Below the pieces are notes generated by a model. That model was given only the letters and a program-made list of their open reading frames with translations, did no database searches and was not told where the DNA came from. This document shows, piece after piece, positions 1 through 7,643 of a stretch of DNA of 64,000 nucleotides (position 1 is its first letter; the number at the start of each line of letters is the position of its first letter). The position numbers and the translations under genes are program-made. The stretch is from the IMG/VR virus record IMGVR_UViG_3300045988_149975; one strand, written 5' to 3'. The stretch is from a virus.

Positions 1-32
1 TCTCATTTAATACTCCTTTATTTTATACCTAT

Positions 33-61
33 ATTATACCACAAAATTATTATTTTGTCAA
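33..61 (-). promoter_or_regulatory. sigma-A/sigma-70 consensus promoter (TTGACA-N17-TATAAT, TGG-extended -10), reads leftward out of window
   Basis: Minus strand reads TTGACAaaataataattttgTGGTATAAT; -35 at 56-61, -10 at 33-38. Confidence 0.6.
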
Positions 62-126
62 GTAATTTTTGAAAAAAGAATTTAAAAATACTATGAAAGT
101 CATTTATTTTTTGTGATATTTTTACC

Positions 127-789
127 TCATTTACAAGCAAACTCCCTAAAATACTTCTTTTCAGCTTCTTTTCTAACTTTTATAGCTTCCTCTTCAGAAT
201 CAAAACTACCTAAATAATGATATACGCCATCTGCTTTTATAGATACCTCAAACTTATTATGTTTCTTTCGGTAACCTTTGGCTTTTCTATTTTTATTATT
301 ATCACCTTTGGTACAAAATCTCAAATTGCATTTTCTATTATCAGTTGTATCACGATTTATATGGTCTATAACCATTCCTTCCTGTGAACCCATAATAACT
401 TGGTGCATTTTTGGATTTCCTTTAGAGCAAAAATAATTTCGAGTATCTTTATAGAAATAATAAGGCTTTACCTTTTCTAAATCCTCTGTATCAATTAGTG
501 CAAAATTACCTCTTGAATCAAATACTTTAGTGACTTCCCCATCTGTTTCATAAGTGTTATACTTCTTAAATCTTTTATAGTGATTTTCTTTTTGCAAGCA
601 ACCACAAGACCTTATAGTACCATTACGCAGTCCATAAAAACTTGAATTTACATAATTACCGCAATCACACCGACAACGTACCATTGGAATATCCTGTCCT
701 CTACTATTCTTAACTGGCTCTAATATTCCAATTATTTCCAACCTTTCATACTTATCCCCTATATTAGGGAAAACTCTTCTTTTACCCAT
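127..789 (-). CDS. HNH homing endonuclease with C-terminal AP2-type DNA-binding domain
   Basis: HNH motif VIDHINRDTTDNRKCNLRF. Cys-rich N-terminus. C-terminal KHNKFEVSIKADGVYHYLGSFDSEEEA is AP2-like. AGGAG RBS upstream. Confidence 0.7.
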   Translation of the reverse strand: MGKRRVFPNIGDKYERLEIIGILEPVKNSRGQDIPMVRCRCDCGNYVNSSFYGLRNGTIRSCGCLQKENHYKRFKKYNTYETDGEVTKVFDSRGNFALIDTEDLEKVKPYYFYKDTRNYFCSKGNPKMHQVIMGSQEGMVIDHINRDTTDNRKCNLRFCTKGDNNKNRKAKGYRKKHNKFEVSIKADGVYHYLGSFDSEEEAIKVRKEAEKKYFREFACK

Positions 790-815
790 ACTAAAAACTC
801 CTTCCTTATAACTAT

Positions 816-848
816 AAATAGCTTAAACAGCACTTATGGAAGGAATAA
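816..848 (-). promoter_or_regulatory. perfect 13-bp stem-loop in the 5' UTR of the HNH gene
   Basis: AAACAGCACTTAT-ggaagga-ATAAGTGCTGTTT lies between promoter 901-929 and the start codon at 789. Confidence 0.4.
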
Positions 849-900
849 GTGCTGTTTATTATCTCATTGGTTAATTACTCCAATGCTCCCTATTTATTAT

Positions 901-929
901 ATTAAACCACAAAAATTGATTTTTGTCAA
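901..929 (-). promoter_or_regulatory. sigma-A type promoter (TTGACA-N17-TTTAAT)
   Basis: Minus strand TTGACAaaaatcaatttttgTGGTTTAAT. Same architecture as about 20 other sites in the window. Confidence 0.55.
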
Positions 930-938
930 GTAATTCTA

Positions 939-1688
939 TTAACTATTTTTATTCATCATATACATAAATTCATCATCAGTCATAACAAAAGTTCCCTTTC
1001 TCTTGTCCATAACACAAACACAACTACCAGGAACGCCTACTCTATAACCACGCTCTTTTGCATAAGCAGGATAAATTTGATAAGTACCACTCCATACCTC
1101 AAATACACGTTTTGCCACAGGAATCTTCTCAAATTTATTATGCTCAATAATAACTTTTTCTTTTACATAACGCTGATGATGATGTTCTCTCCAAGTAACA
1201 TCCGCATTTATCCAATCAAACACGCCATCCTTCTTTGGACTCATGTGTTGTACAAAGTGTACTGTGCAATGCTTACCAACATTAAAATATAGAAAACAAA
1301 ATTCTCTTTTATAAATTTCAGGTTTTCCTATAAGAGTTGCTAACATAAGTTCGGGGGTAAAATAATTTACGTGTTTATTTCTTAATGCAAGATGGTTTCC
1401 ATCTATAATATATAATACCCTATCCGCATAAGGTTTTATAATATCTGCAAGTTCATATACTTGCTTATCACCAACCGACCATTCTTCTTGAGGGTCAGAC
1501 TTACTTAATCTTGTTGCACCATTTCCTGCATCTCCACCTATACCTACATACATATTAGGTATAGACATTAAGTATTTAAGAGTTTTTTCAAATAACTCCT
1601 TATTACATAATCCCCAATGTATATCACCTAAATTTGTAAAATAAGCTACCTCATTATCACATCTAAATGTTACAACATGGTCTTTCAA
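939..1688 (-). CDS. calcineurin-like metallophosphoesterase
   Basis: Phosphoesterase motifs GDIHWG, GGDAGNG and IIDGNHL. Confidence 0.65.
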   Translation of the reverse strand: MKDHVVTFRCDNEVAYFTNLGDIHWGLCNKELFEKTLKYLMSIPNMYVGIGGDAGNGATRLSKSDPQEEWSVGDKQVYELADIIKPYADRVLYIIDGNHLALRNKHVNYFTPELMLATLIGKPEIYKREFCFLYFNVGKHCTVHFVQHMSPKKDGVFDWINADVTWREHHHQRYVKEKVIIEHNKFEKIPVAKRVFEVWSGTYQIYPAYAKERGYRVGVPGSCVCVMDKRKGTFVMTDDEFMYMMNKNS

Positions 1689-1736
1689 CTCATTAAATAT
1701 TATTTGTTCCTTATCTTTAGCTATTTGAAACCCCTC

Positions 1737-2843
1737 CTATTTAATGTTTTCCCAAAGACAATCTTTAGGGTCTTTATCTTCCCTAAACCTTACAAAGCGT
1801 GGATGTCTTAAAGATTTTGTTTTCTGATTAATTACATTCTGATATATAACCTCAATAGGAACATTGTATAAATCAGTATTCTTAATCATATTTTGAATAT
1901 CATCACTAAACCCCTTAACAGTAGTAACATATTTTAATTTACCATCTTTATATGCACCTAATTTTATACCTGCTACCCAATGATTATAGTATGTCTTTGT
2001 AACAGGTACTCCATTCTCCCAATATTTCCAACCCCGCTCTGCGAGTTCTACTAAATCAAACTTACCTGTATAATACTTATCAGGCTCTACAAACCCCATT
2101 ATAACTAAATCTGCTGTTTTACGTTCTTTAAATTTTAACCAATAATTACTTCTTTTAAATTCATAACTTGAATAAGCATCTTTTAATACAATCCCTTCAC
2201 CACCGTTATCAATTACAGCACTGTATAAGTTGTTATATGTGGGTACTTTCTTAAAAATAGGATTTTTAAAATAACTATCCTCATATAATGCCCAAAAACT
2301 TAAATCAATATTAAAAGGCTCTACCCTAATATTTAACGGTATAGGAAAACTATCTAATTTCACATAAAGAGTATTTAAAAACATTGCCCTCTCTAAAAGA
2401 GGAAATCTTGTTAAATCCTGTCCATCCCATTTTATTACATCAAATATGTTATAAATTAACTCATAACCATCTTGCCACAAATCCAATGCTCTTTCAGGTG
2501 TTGAACCTAAAATATGTTGTACTTTAGAAGAATCAGATTTTTCATATTTCAATGTAAGTTCGCCATCAAAAATAAAATCTTCATCACTGCCCAAAAGTTT
2601 ATTTATATTAATATTACTTAAAAAAGAAAGTTTAGATGTATTATCCTCCTTCTCCCCTGTTACCTTACTATTACGGCGACTATAAAAATAATTTTTACCC
2701 TCATGACATAACATAATTGCTCTATGTCCATCTAACTTTTCTTGAGCAACAAAACGTCTGAATAATCCTATACTATTTTTTTCAAACTTTTCAAAATTAC
2801 ATTCTGTACAAAGCATAGGCTCTATATTAGGATTTATATTCAT
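1737..2843 (-). CDS. ATP-dependent DNA ligase
   Basis: Nucleotidyltransferase motif I EKLDGHR, motif IV GGEGIVLK, motif V WLKFK. Confidence 0.7.
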   Translation of the reverse strand: MNINPNIEPMLCTECNFEKFEKNSIGLFRRFVAQEKLDGHRAIMLCHEGKNYFYSRRNSKVTGEKEDNTSKLSFLSNININKLLGSDEDFIFDGELTLKYEKSDSSKVQHILGSTPERALDLWQDGYELIYNIFDVIKWDGQDLTRFPLLERAMFLNTLYVKLDSFPIPLNIRVEPFNIDLSFWALYEDSYFKNPIFKKVPTYNNLYSAVIDNGGEGIVLKDAYSSYEFKRSNYWLKFKERKTADLVIMGFVEPDKYYTGKFDLVELAERGWKYWENGVPVTKTYYNHWVAGIKLGAYKDGKLKYVTTVKGFSDDIQNMIKNTDLYNVPIEVIYQNVINQKTKSLRHPRFVRFREDKDPKDCLWENIK

Positions 2844-3399
2844 AATGCCCCACCTCTAACAGATTTAATACTACTCTTTCTAATGCTTTTAAATCACTAT
2901 CATTTATAATTTTATAATCCCAAATACCCCAATCATCTAATTCAGTTTCACTGCTATTTTTACGCTGTTCCTCTGTCAATTTATTTTCATGATTAGGTCT
3001 TTCAACCCTAATTGTTACACAATTATAATCTCTTTTGTGACAATAATCTAAAAGTTTTAATACTTCATTTTTATAACGTACATCAGGAATAGTTACTGCA
3101 AAATCTTGATAACCATACTCCATATTCCCGCTTATCATATTATCTAAATCATATAAGAAATATTCAATCCAAATGTCAGGATTATATTGTCTGCCGCCAT
3201 CACCAATCATTTGTAAAAGCTGCCTACCTCTTTCATCTTTCTTATTATCCCATCCAAAAGTATTCCTTGCAACACGCTTTACATTATCTGCAATGTGCAT
3301 TGTCCACATATCTCCACATTTTAAATGTTTCATTAAAAGATTAGATACAGTATCTTTTCCACTTTCTGCTTTTCCACTTATTAAAAAAATAGTTTTCAC
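2827..3399 (-). CDS. P-loop nucleotide kinase, T4 Dnk-like deoxynucleoside monophosphate kinase
   Basis: N-terminus MKTIFLISGKAESGKDT resembles T4 gp1 MKLIFLSGVKRSGKDT. Downstream TIPDVRYKNEV resembles T4 VPDTRQDHE. Confidence 0.55.
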   Translation of the reverse strand: MKTIFLISGKAESGKDTVSNLLMKHLKCGDMWTMHIADNVKRVARNTFGWDNKKDERGRQLLQMIGDGGRQYNPDIWIEYFLYDLDNMISGNMEYGYQDFAVTIPDVRYKNEVLKLLDYCHKRDYNCVTIRVERPNHENKLTEEQRKNSSETELDDWGIWDYKIINDSDLKALERVVLNLLEVGHYEYKS

Positions 3400-3417
3400 T
3401 TAAAAACCCCCTTTAAT

Positions 3418-3448
3418 AAATTATACCATAAAGTAATGATTTTGTCAA
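3418..3448 (-). promoter_or_regulatory. sigma-A type promoter (TTGACA-N17-TATAAT)
   Basis: Minus strand TTGACAaaatcattactttaTGGTATAAT upstream of the kinase gene. Confidence 0.55.
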
Positions 3449-3498
3449 TATAAAAATTTCACCAGTTAGTATCGTTTTAGAATACTAACTGGTGAAAA

Positions 3499-3915
3499 TT
3501 ATCTAACTAACAAACCATCTACAATAAGAGTATCAATAGGTGTAGATATTGCTTCTAAATTTTCTACCTTTTTAGACTGCCTTGATTGCACATCACTAAA
3601 AATCATTCTTAATTCCGTACCACCATAATTAAAAGTTACAGATTCAAAAACAACTACTTTATCACCTTTTTTAATTTTCTCTATATCCTTCCAACCTTCT
3701 TGCGTATAGACCTGTAACCCATCAAACACTTCAATTTGTGTCCCATTCTTATAATTAGTAAATAAAGTATGAACTCTGCCATTAAAGGTAGTCAATTCAA
3801 CAGTTAAATTTGTTGAAGTCTTACCTTTAGAGTCTACATAAAATACTTTGGCTTTAGAATAGGGGATTAAACCCCTATTCTTATCTAACAACTTAACCTG
3901 CGCAGGAATTTTCAC
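3499..3915 (-). CDS. hypothetical protein
   Basis: 138-aa ORF coupled to the upstream gene; no recognisable motif. Confidence 0.4.
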   Translation of the reverse strand: MKIPAQVKLLDKNRGLIPYSKAKVFYVDSKGKTSTNLTVELTTFNGRVHTLFTNYKNGTQIEVFDGLQVYTQEGWKDIEKIKKGDKVVVFESVTFNYGGTELRMIFSDVQSRQSKKVENLEAISTPIDTLIVDGLLVR

Positions 3916-5389
3916 AATTTGCCTCCAAGACTTCTCTTACAAAATTATAACGCTCTACATAAATGCAATCATAGATTGCTTTAAGAGGGTCATAAGTTTC
4001 ATTACTTGTCGCCGCTTTAATTGCAGCAGGTGAATAACCACTTACAAGCACTAAACCATTTTCATTCTCAATAACAGGAATTGTTCCACTTCTTGAAGCT
4101 ACGTTCCAAAAAATGAGTTTTGGTAATTTATAACCATAACCTCTATAAAGTTCGGAGATTGATTCAAGACTGTTTCCATAAGTACACTCATTAAATTCCA
4201 TATCACTAATGATAAGAATATTAGGAATATCCTCTTGTTTAAGTTTATTCCTTATAGCAGTATCTAATACAAGTTTAAATACAGCTTCAATATTCGTACT
4301 ACCGTTCCAATCCATTCTTTCTGTCATCCAAATATAAGCATCATAAACTGTTTTAAATCTACTTACATCTACATAAGTAGGCTTATCAGAGAATGTAACT
4401 ACTTTGCCTTTAAACTCATCCTTTGCACGTTGCGCAAAATATAAAGCTAATCCAACAGAGCAATCAATAGGCATTATATTATTACTGCCCCATGTCATAG
4501 AACCGCTTACATCAGCTACTACAAGAGTATTCTCTACACCCTCATAATCTTTTAAATTTTCCCAAAGACCTTGTGTAAGTCTTTTATCACTATTTCTTCT
4601 TACCATAGAGATAATCTCATGCGGATAAAGAGTAGAAGCATTAATTTTAGCTTTACCTTTAGAAAGACTATCAAGATACTCCTGTCTACGTTGCATATCC
4701 TTTCTCATAAAAAGTTCAGCATACTTCTTATTAGCTTTAGAAGGAACAGCTTCATAATCAATCTCATTATAAGTATTATTAGAGATATGCTGCTCCACAA
4801 TATCTAAATATTCTCTCATTTCAGACAAGGCTTTTCTGTACTCACCATTAGTCATTCCATAATAGCCAATAAACTCTCTTGCCAATTTACGAGATTTTTT
4901 ACCACTATTTATAGAAGGCATCCATTTAGCCAATAAACTAATGGATTTATCTTTCTGCATATTATCCCAATCTACCTCTAACTGCTTACAAAGAGTTTCT
5001 ATTAAACATTTTTTCAAGGGCGTTTCCATAAGTACAAAGAGGTCATCCCATCTACCTACTTCTACAATGTATTTAATAAAATGTTTAACAAGTTCAGGCT
5101 CTCTATTAGCTAATTCTTTAAGCATTTCCCTAAAAATACGTCTTTCACCTAAACCGCCACGCACATCACGCAGGAAAAACATATATCTATAAATAACTTC
5201 TTTATTGTGTTTCTTATCATTTAAAAGCTGTACAACCTGCGTATGAAGTAACTCATCAGACATATTTCTAATAGCAGGCAATGAGAAATTAAAATCAACT
5301 AATACATCTTTAGTAGTTGCATAACCCTTCATACCATTTTCAGTAAAAGAAACATTCATTTCATCCTCTAAACAATTAATAAAGATCAT
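3893..5389 (-). CDS. vWA-domain protein with DUF2828-like N-terminal region, possibly Ro60/TROVE-related
   Basis: MIDAS motif DVSGSM in the C-terminal vWA part. N-terminal FTENGMKGYATTKDVLVDFNF resembles the DUF2828/TROVE-type signature. The likely true start is M at 5389 (GGAGGA RBS 6 nt upstream), not the ORF-track start at 5452, which would overlap the tRNA-like element. Confidence 0.5.
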   Translation of the reverse strand: MIFINCLEDEMNVSFTENGMKGYATTKDVLVDFNFSLPAIRNMSDELLHTQVVQLLNDKKHNKEVIYRYMFFLRDVRGGLGERRIFREMLKELANREPELVKHFIKYIVEVGRWDDLFVLMETPLKKCLIETLCKQLEVDWDNMQKDKSISLLAKWMPSINSGKKSRKLAREFIGYYGMTNGEYRKALSEMREYLDIVEQHISNNTYNEIDYEAVPSKANKKYAELFMRKDMQRRQEYLDSLSKGKAKINASTLYPHEIISMVRRNSDKRLTQGLWENLKDYEGVENTLVVADVSGSMTWGSNNIMPIDCSVGLALYFAQRAKDEFKGKVVTFSDKPTYVDVSRFKTVYDAYIWMTERMDWNGSTNIEAVFKLVLDTAIRNKLKQEDIPNILIISDMEFNECTYGNSLESISELYRGYGYKLPKLIFWNVASRSGTIPVIENENGLVLVSGYSPAAIKAATSNETYDPLKAIYDCIYVERYNFVREVLEANCENSCAG

Positions 5390-5401
5390 TTCATATCCTC
5401 C

Positions 5402-5488
5402 TTCAATTAAATGGAACGCCCTGAAGGAATTGAACCTTTTGACTCCTTCCACCTGTTTAATGTCGCAAGATTAGAAGTCTTGTGGTGG
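5402..5488 (-). ncRNA. tRNA-like structured element (7-bp acceptor-like stem, canonical T-arm, Arg-UCU-like anticodon hairpin, no D-arm), directly 5' of the vWA gene
   Basis: Minus RNA ACGCCCU-GUU-CCACC-A-CAAGA(CUUCUAA)UCUUG-CGACAUUAAACA-GGUGG-AAGGAGUCA-AAAGG(UUCAAUU)CCUUC-AGGGCGU-U-CCA. The D-arm is replaced by a CCACC/GGUGG helix enclosing the anticodon-like hairpin. Confidence 0.5.
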
Positions 5489-5521
5489 AACAGGGCGTAT
5501 AAAATAAAAAACCTGCTCATT
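5489..5521 (-). terminator. rho-independent terminator ending the tRNA-cluster transcript
   Basis: Minus RNA CCUGCUC-UAAU-GAGCAGG followed by UUUUUUAUUUUAU. Confidence 0.7.
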
Positions 5522-5742
5522 AGAGCAGGCTATTTGTGGCGCAGTAGAAATAAATCAAATGACTTACCACTACTGCATTAAACAAGGTTTCCTAATAAAG
5601 TATTACAAATTACAAATTTGTTCTTTTCTTAATAAAATTTTGCTGTGAAACCTTTATAACCTGCAAGGTAGTTTTACCCTGTTCAAAAGTATGCAATTTT
5701 GTGAGAACCTTAATAAAATTTTGCTGTACTACCTTTATGTAT

Positions 5743-5771
5743 ATATTATAACACAAGTCATCTAATTTGTC
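5743..5771 (-). promoter_or_regulatory. sigma-A type promoter (TTGACA-N17-TATAAT)
   Basis: Minus strand TTGACAaattagatgacttgTGTTATAAT. Drives the roughly 240-nt ORF-free region that ends at the 5489-5521 terminator. Confidence 0.55.
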
Positions 5772-5785
5772 AAGTAAAATTTTTA

Positions 5786-5858
5786 TGGTACGAGTGGAGG
5801 GAATCGAACCCACAACACAAGTTCCCAAAACTTGTATGTTACCACTACACTACACTCA
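5786..5858 (-). tRNA. tRNA-Pro(UGG)
   Basis: Acceptor ATGAGTG/CACTCGT. Anticodon stem CAAGT/ACTTG with loop TTTGGGA. T-loop TTCGATT. CCA encoded. Confidence 0.65.
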
Positions 5859-5868
5859 TATTATTAAA

Positions 5869-5943
5869 TGGAGCTTCCAGAGGAACTTGAATCCCCATCA
5901 ACTGATTACAAATCAGTTGTTCTACCAGTTAAACTATGGAAGC
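5869..5943 (-). tRNA. tRNA-Thr(UGU)
   Basis: Acceptor GCTTCCA/TGGAAGC. D-arm GTTT-AACTGGTA-GAAC. Anticodon stem ACTGA/TCAGT with loop TTTGTAA. T-loop TTCAAGT. CCA encoded. Confidence 0.7.
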
Positions 5944-6049
5944 ATAATAACCTCATCAAGCCGATTTATTTAAGTAACTCATTCTTATACTCATAATCGG
6001 TGAAAAGACATATAAAACATATTACTTAAACTGATGAGGATTAATTACA

Positions 6050-6124
6050 TGGCACGGCAGAGAAGGACTTGAACCCTCATTAATGGTTTTGGAGACCACT
6101 GTTCTACCATTGAACTATCACCGC
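6050..6124 (-). tRNA. tRNA-Trp(CCA)-like with non-canonical acceptor stem
   Basis: D-arm GTTC-AATGGTA-GAAC. Anticodon stem GTGGT/ACCAT with loop CTCCAAA. T-arm GAGGG-TTCAAGT-CCTTC. The acceptor pairs only with 3 G.U wobbles, 1 mismatch and a one-nt register problem. Confidence 0.4.
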
Positions 6125-6368
6125 ATTTTATAGGGAACAGATTTTCACTTTTACTACTAACCTGTTCCCTATCTCCGAAGGAACTGCTATTTTGGGTACG
6201 CCGCTTTTAAACTACTGCCCAACATTTTAGGAAAATGACACTTCCCAGGCGTATATATAAAACCATGTCATAAGTTCCCAAACAATAAGCGAGCCTATAA
6301 CAACAGTTTTATTATCTATGGGGCTTTCGCCCCTAAATCAGCTTATAAGCTGACCAACGATGGCTAAT

Positions 6369-6445
6369 TGGTAGACGGTACGGGACTCGAACCCATATTA
6401 TAGCCTTGAAAGGGCTATGCCTTAAACCTCTTTGGCGAACCGTCC
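6369..6445 (-). tRNA. tRNA-Glu(UUC)
   Basis: Acceptor GGACGGT/ACCGTCT. Anticodon stem TAGCC/GGCTA with loop CTTTCAA. T-arm ATGGG-TTCGAGT-CCCGT. CCA encoded. Long D-loop. Confidence 0.55.
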
Positions 6446-6449
6446 ATTA

Positions 6450-6526
6450 TGGCGGTAATACAGGGGATTGAACCCTGAACTTTGCCTTGACAGGGCAATG
6501 TTTTATCCTATTAAACTATATCACCG
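6450..6526 (-). tRNA. tRNA-Asp(GUC)
   Basis: Acceptor GGTGATA/TATTACC. D-arm GTTT-AATAGGAT-AAAC. Anticodon stem TTGCC/GGCAA with loop CTGTCAA. T-arm CAGGG-TTCAATC-CCCTG. GCCA 3' end. Confidence 0.7.
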
Positions 6527-6527
6527 T

Positions 6528-6616
6528 GGTGGGCAGGGCAAGATTTTAACTTGCGATGTTTCTAACGTGGATGATTTACAGTCATCTGCCTTCGTACAAC
6601 TCGGCACACCTACCCA
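6528..6616 (-). tRNA. tRNA-Tyr(GUA), type II with long variable arm
   Basis: Acceptor GGGTAGG/CCTGCCC. Anticodon stem GATGA/TCATC with loop CTGTAAA. Variable arm about 15 nt. T-arm GCAAG-TTAAAAT-CTTGC. ACCA 3' end. Confidence 0.6.
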
Positions 6617-6644
6617 TTTATTTAAATATTTACTGCATTTCATT

Positions 6645-6720
6645 GGAAGCGGGTATGGGTACTGCCCCCATTTAGTCAGGCTTATGAGACCTGTGAGGTT
6701 ACTTAACCTCCCACCCGCAA
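6645..6720 (-). tRNA. tRNA-Met/fMet/Ile2 (CAU anticodon)
   Basis: Acceptor (T)GCGGGT/ACCCGC(T) with a 1-72 mismatch. Anticodon stem CAGGT/GCCTG with loop CTCATAA. Atypical T-loop GGCAGTA. CCA encoded. Confidence 0.5.
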
Positions 6721-6782
6721 TTATTAGTGGAGTTAAATTTCTCTAACTCCACAAGTATATGTCCGCAAACATATACCCTAAT

Positions 6783-7247
6783 TTATCTAAAGGGAACTCT
6801 ATTTTCCATCTTCCTACATACTACCTTACTTGCCGAAAATCGTTCCCTTTCGTAACCTAATCTTCTATAATCACGAGCAGAATGTTTATTTCGTGATTTA
6901 TAAGTTGGTAATTGACTATCACAATTAGGACAAATTAAACGTAAATTATCTTTGAAATTATTTGTAGCATTACCATCAATATGGTCTAAAATAAAATTTA
7001 AGGTCTTGCCATTCCACTCATTGGAGATACCACAAATAGCACATTTCCCATCTTGTGAATCAAATATATAATCTCTTATAGCATTTCTTAATGTTGTAGC
7101 CACACCACAATTAGTATCCCCTGTTTTTAACCAGTTATTTATTAAATCATTTCTATTTTTATTAACCAAACATTTATGACATAAACCACTTATTGTCTTT
7201 TTAGACAACTTTATACCACAATTATTACAAAAAAATGGCATTATCAA
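6783..7247 (-). CDS. HNH endonuclease inserted within the tRNA array
   Basis: CxxC pairs plus LDHIDGNATNNFKDNLRLICPNCDSQ, an HNH/His-Me finger. Confidence 0.7.
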   Translation of the reverse strand: MIMPFFCNNCGIKLSKKTISGLCHKCLVNKNRNDLINNWLKTGDTNCGVATTLRNAIRDYIFDSQDGKCAICGISNEWNGKTLNFILDHIDGNATNNFKDNLRLICPNCDSQLPTYKSRNKHSARDYRRLGYERERFSASKVVCRKMENRVPFR

Positions 7248-7262
7248 AACTCCTCATATTTT

Positions 7263-7351
7263 TGGAAGAAGGTAGGGGACTCGAACCCCTAAAAGGCTCT
7301 CACCTCTCGTCTGCTTTCAAGGCAGATGCCTTACCATTAGGCTAACCTTCC
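7263..7351 (-). tRNA. tRNA-Ser(UGA), type II
   Basis: Acceptor GGAAGGT/ACCTTCT. D-arm GCC-TAATGGTAA-GGC. Anticodon stem TCTGC/GCAGA with loop CTTGAAA. 19-nt variable arm. T-arm AGGGG-TTCGAGT-CCCCT. CCA encoded. Confidence 0.7.
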
Positions 7352-7523
7352 ATTTACTGCTCCCTTGAGCCACTTGGGTACTACGCCATAATTTCCATTT
7401 AGCCAAAGGTAGCAATAGATAACCTTATTATTCTATCATCTGTAACAAATTTTTTTTAAAGTAATAATTGCAGACATATATTTTTCAATATACGCTTTCT
7501 CAAATAAATATTGCTACCCTTGG

Positions 7524-7575
7524 ATAAGTGGCGGAGCGTAAACCGCTGCATTACCATTATGCTAACGCTCCGTTT
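7524..7575 (-). ncRNA. degenerate tRNA-like fragment (acceptor-like stem plus D-arm mimic only)
   Basis: GGAGCGT-TA-GCA(TAATGGTAA)TGC-A-GCGGTTT-ACGCTCC-GCCA. The D-loop matches the adjacent tRNA-Ser; anticodon and T arms are absent. On the plus strand it is followed by a T-run. Confidence 0.35.
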
Positions 7576-7581
7576 TTATGT

Positions 7582-7610
7582 ATTATAACATATTAACATA
7601 AAATTGTCAA
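7582..7610 (-). promoter_or_regulatory. sigma-A type promoter driving the tRNA/HNH array
   Basis: Minus strand TTGACAattttatgttaataTGTTATAAT. Confidence 0.55.
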
Positions 7611-7643
7611 GACTTTTTTAGAATTATTTAAAATTTTAACATC

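Noticed and set aside
3499-3915. Possible intein C-terminal fragment (…PIDTLIVDGLLV)
   Set aside because: There is no intein N-terminal block, no nucleophile-flanked extein context, and no asparagine at the terminus. It is treated as a hypothetical protein.
5610-6746. ORFs 5610..5828(-), 5767..5973(+) and 6468..6746(+) in the tRNA region
   Set aside because: They overlap well-formed tRNA genes, have odd composition and lack RBS signals, so they are spurious.
6528-6790. tmRNA or group-I-intron-containing tRNA suspected from a long structured stretch after tRNA-Asp
   Set aside because: It resolves cleanly into two ordinary tRNAs (Tyr-GUA, type II, and Met-CAU) plus a terminator-like hairpin. 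No tag-peptide reading frame or intron core elements were found.
7524-7582. Plus-strand rho-independent terminator (GGAGCGT stem followed by GTTTTTATG)
   Set aside because: There are no plus-strand genes upstream here and the loop is 25 nt. It more likely reflects the tRNA-remnant structure on the minus strand. It is kept as an alternative, not asserted.
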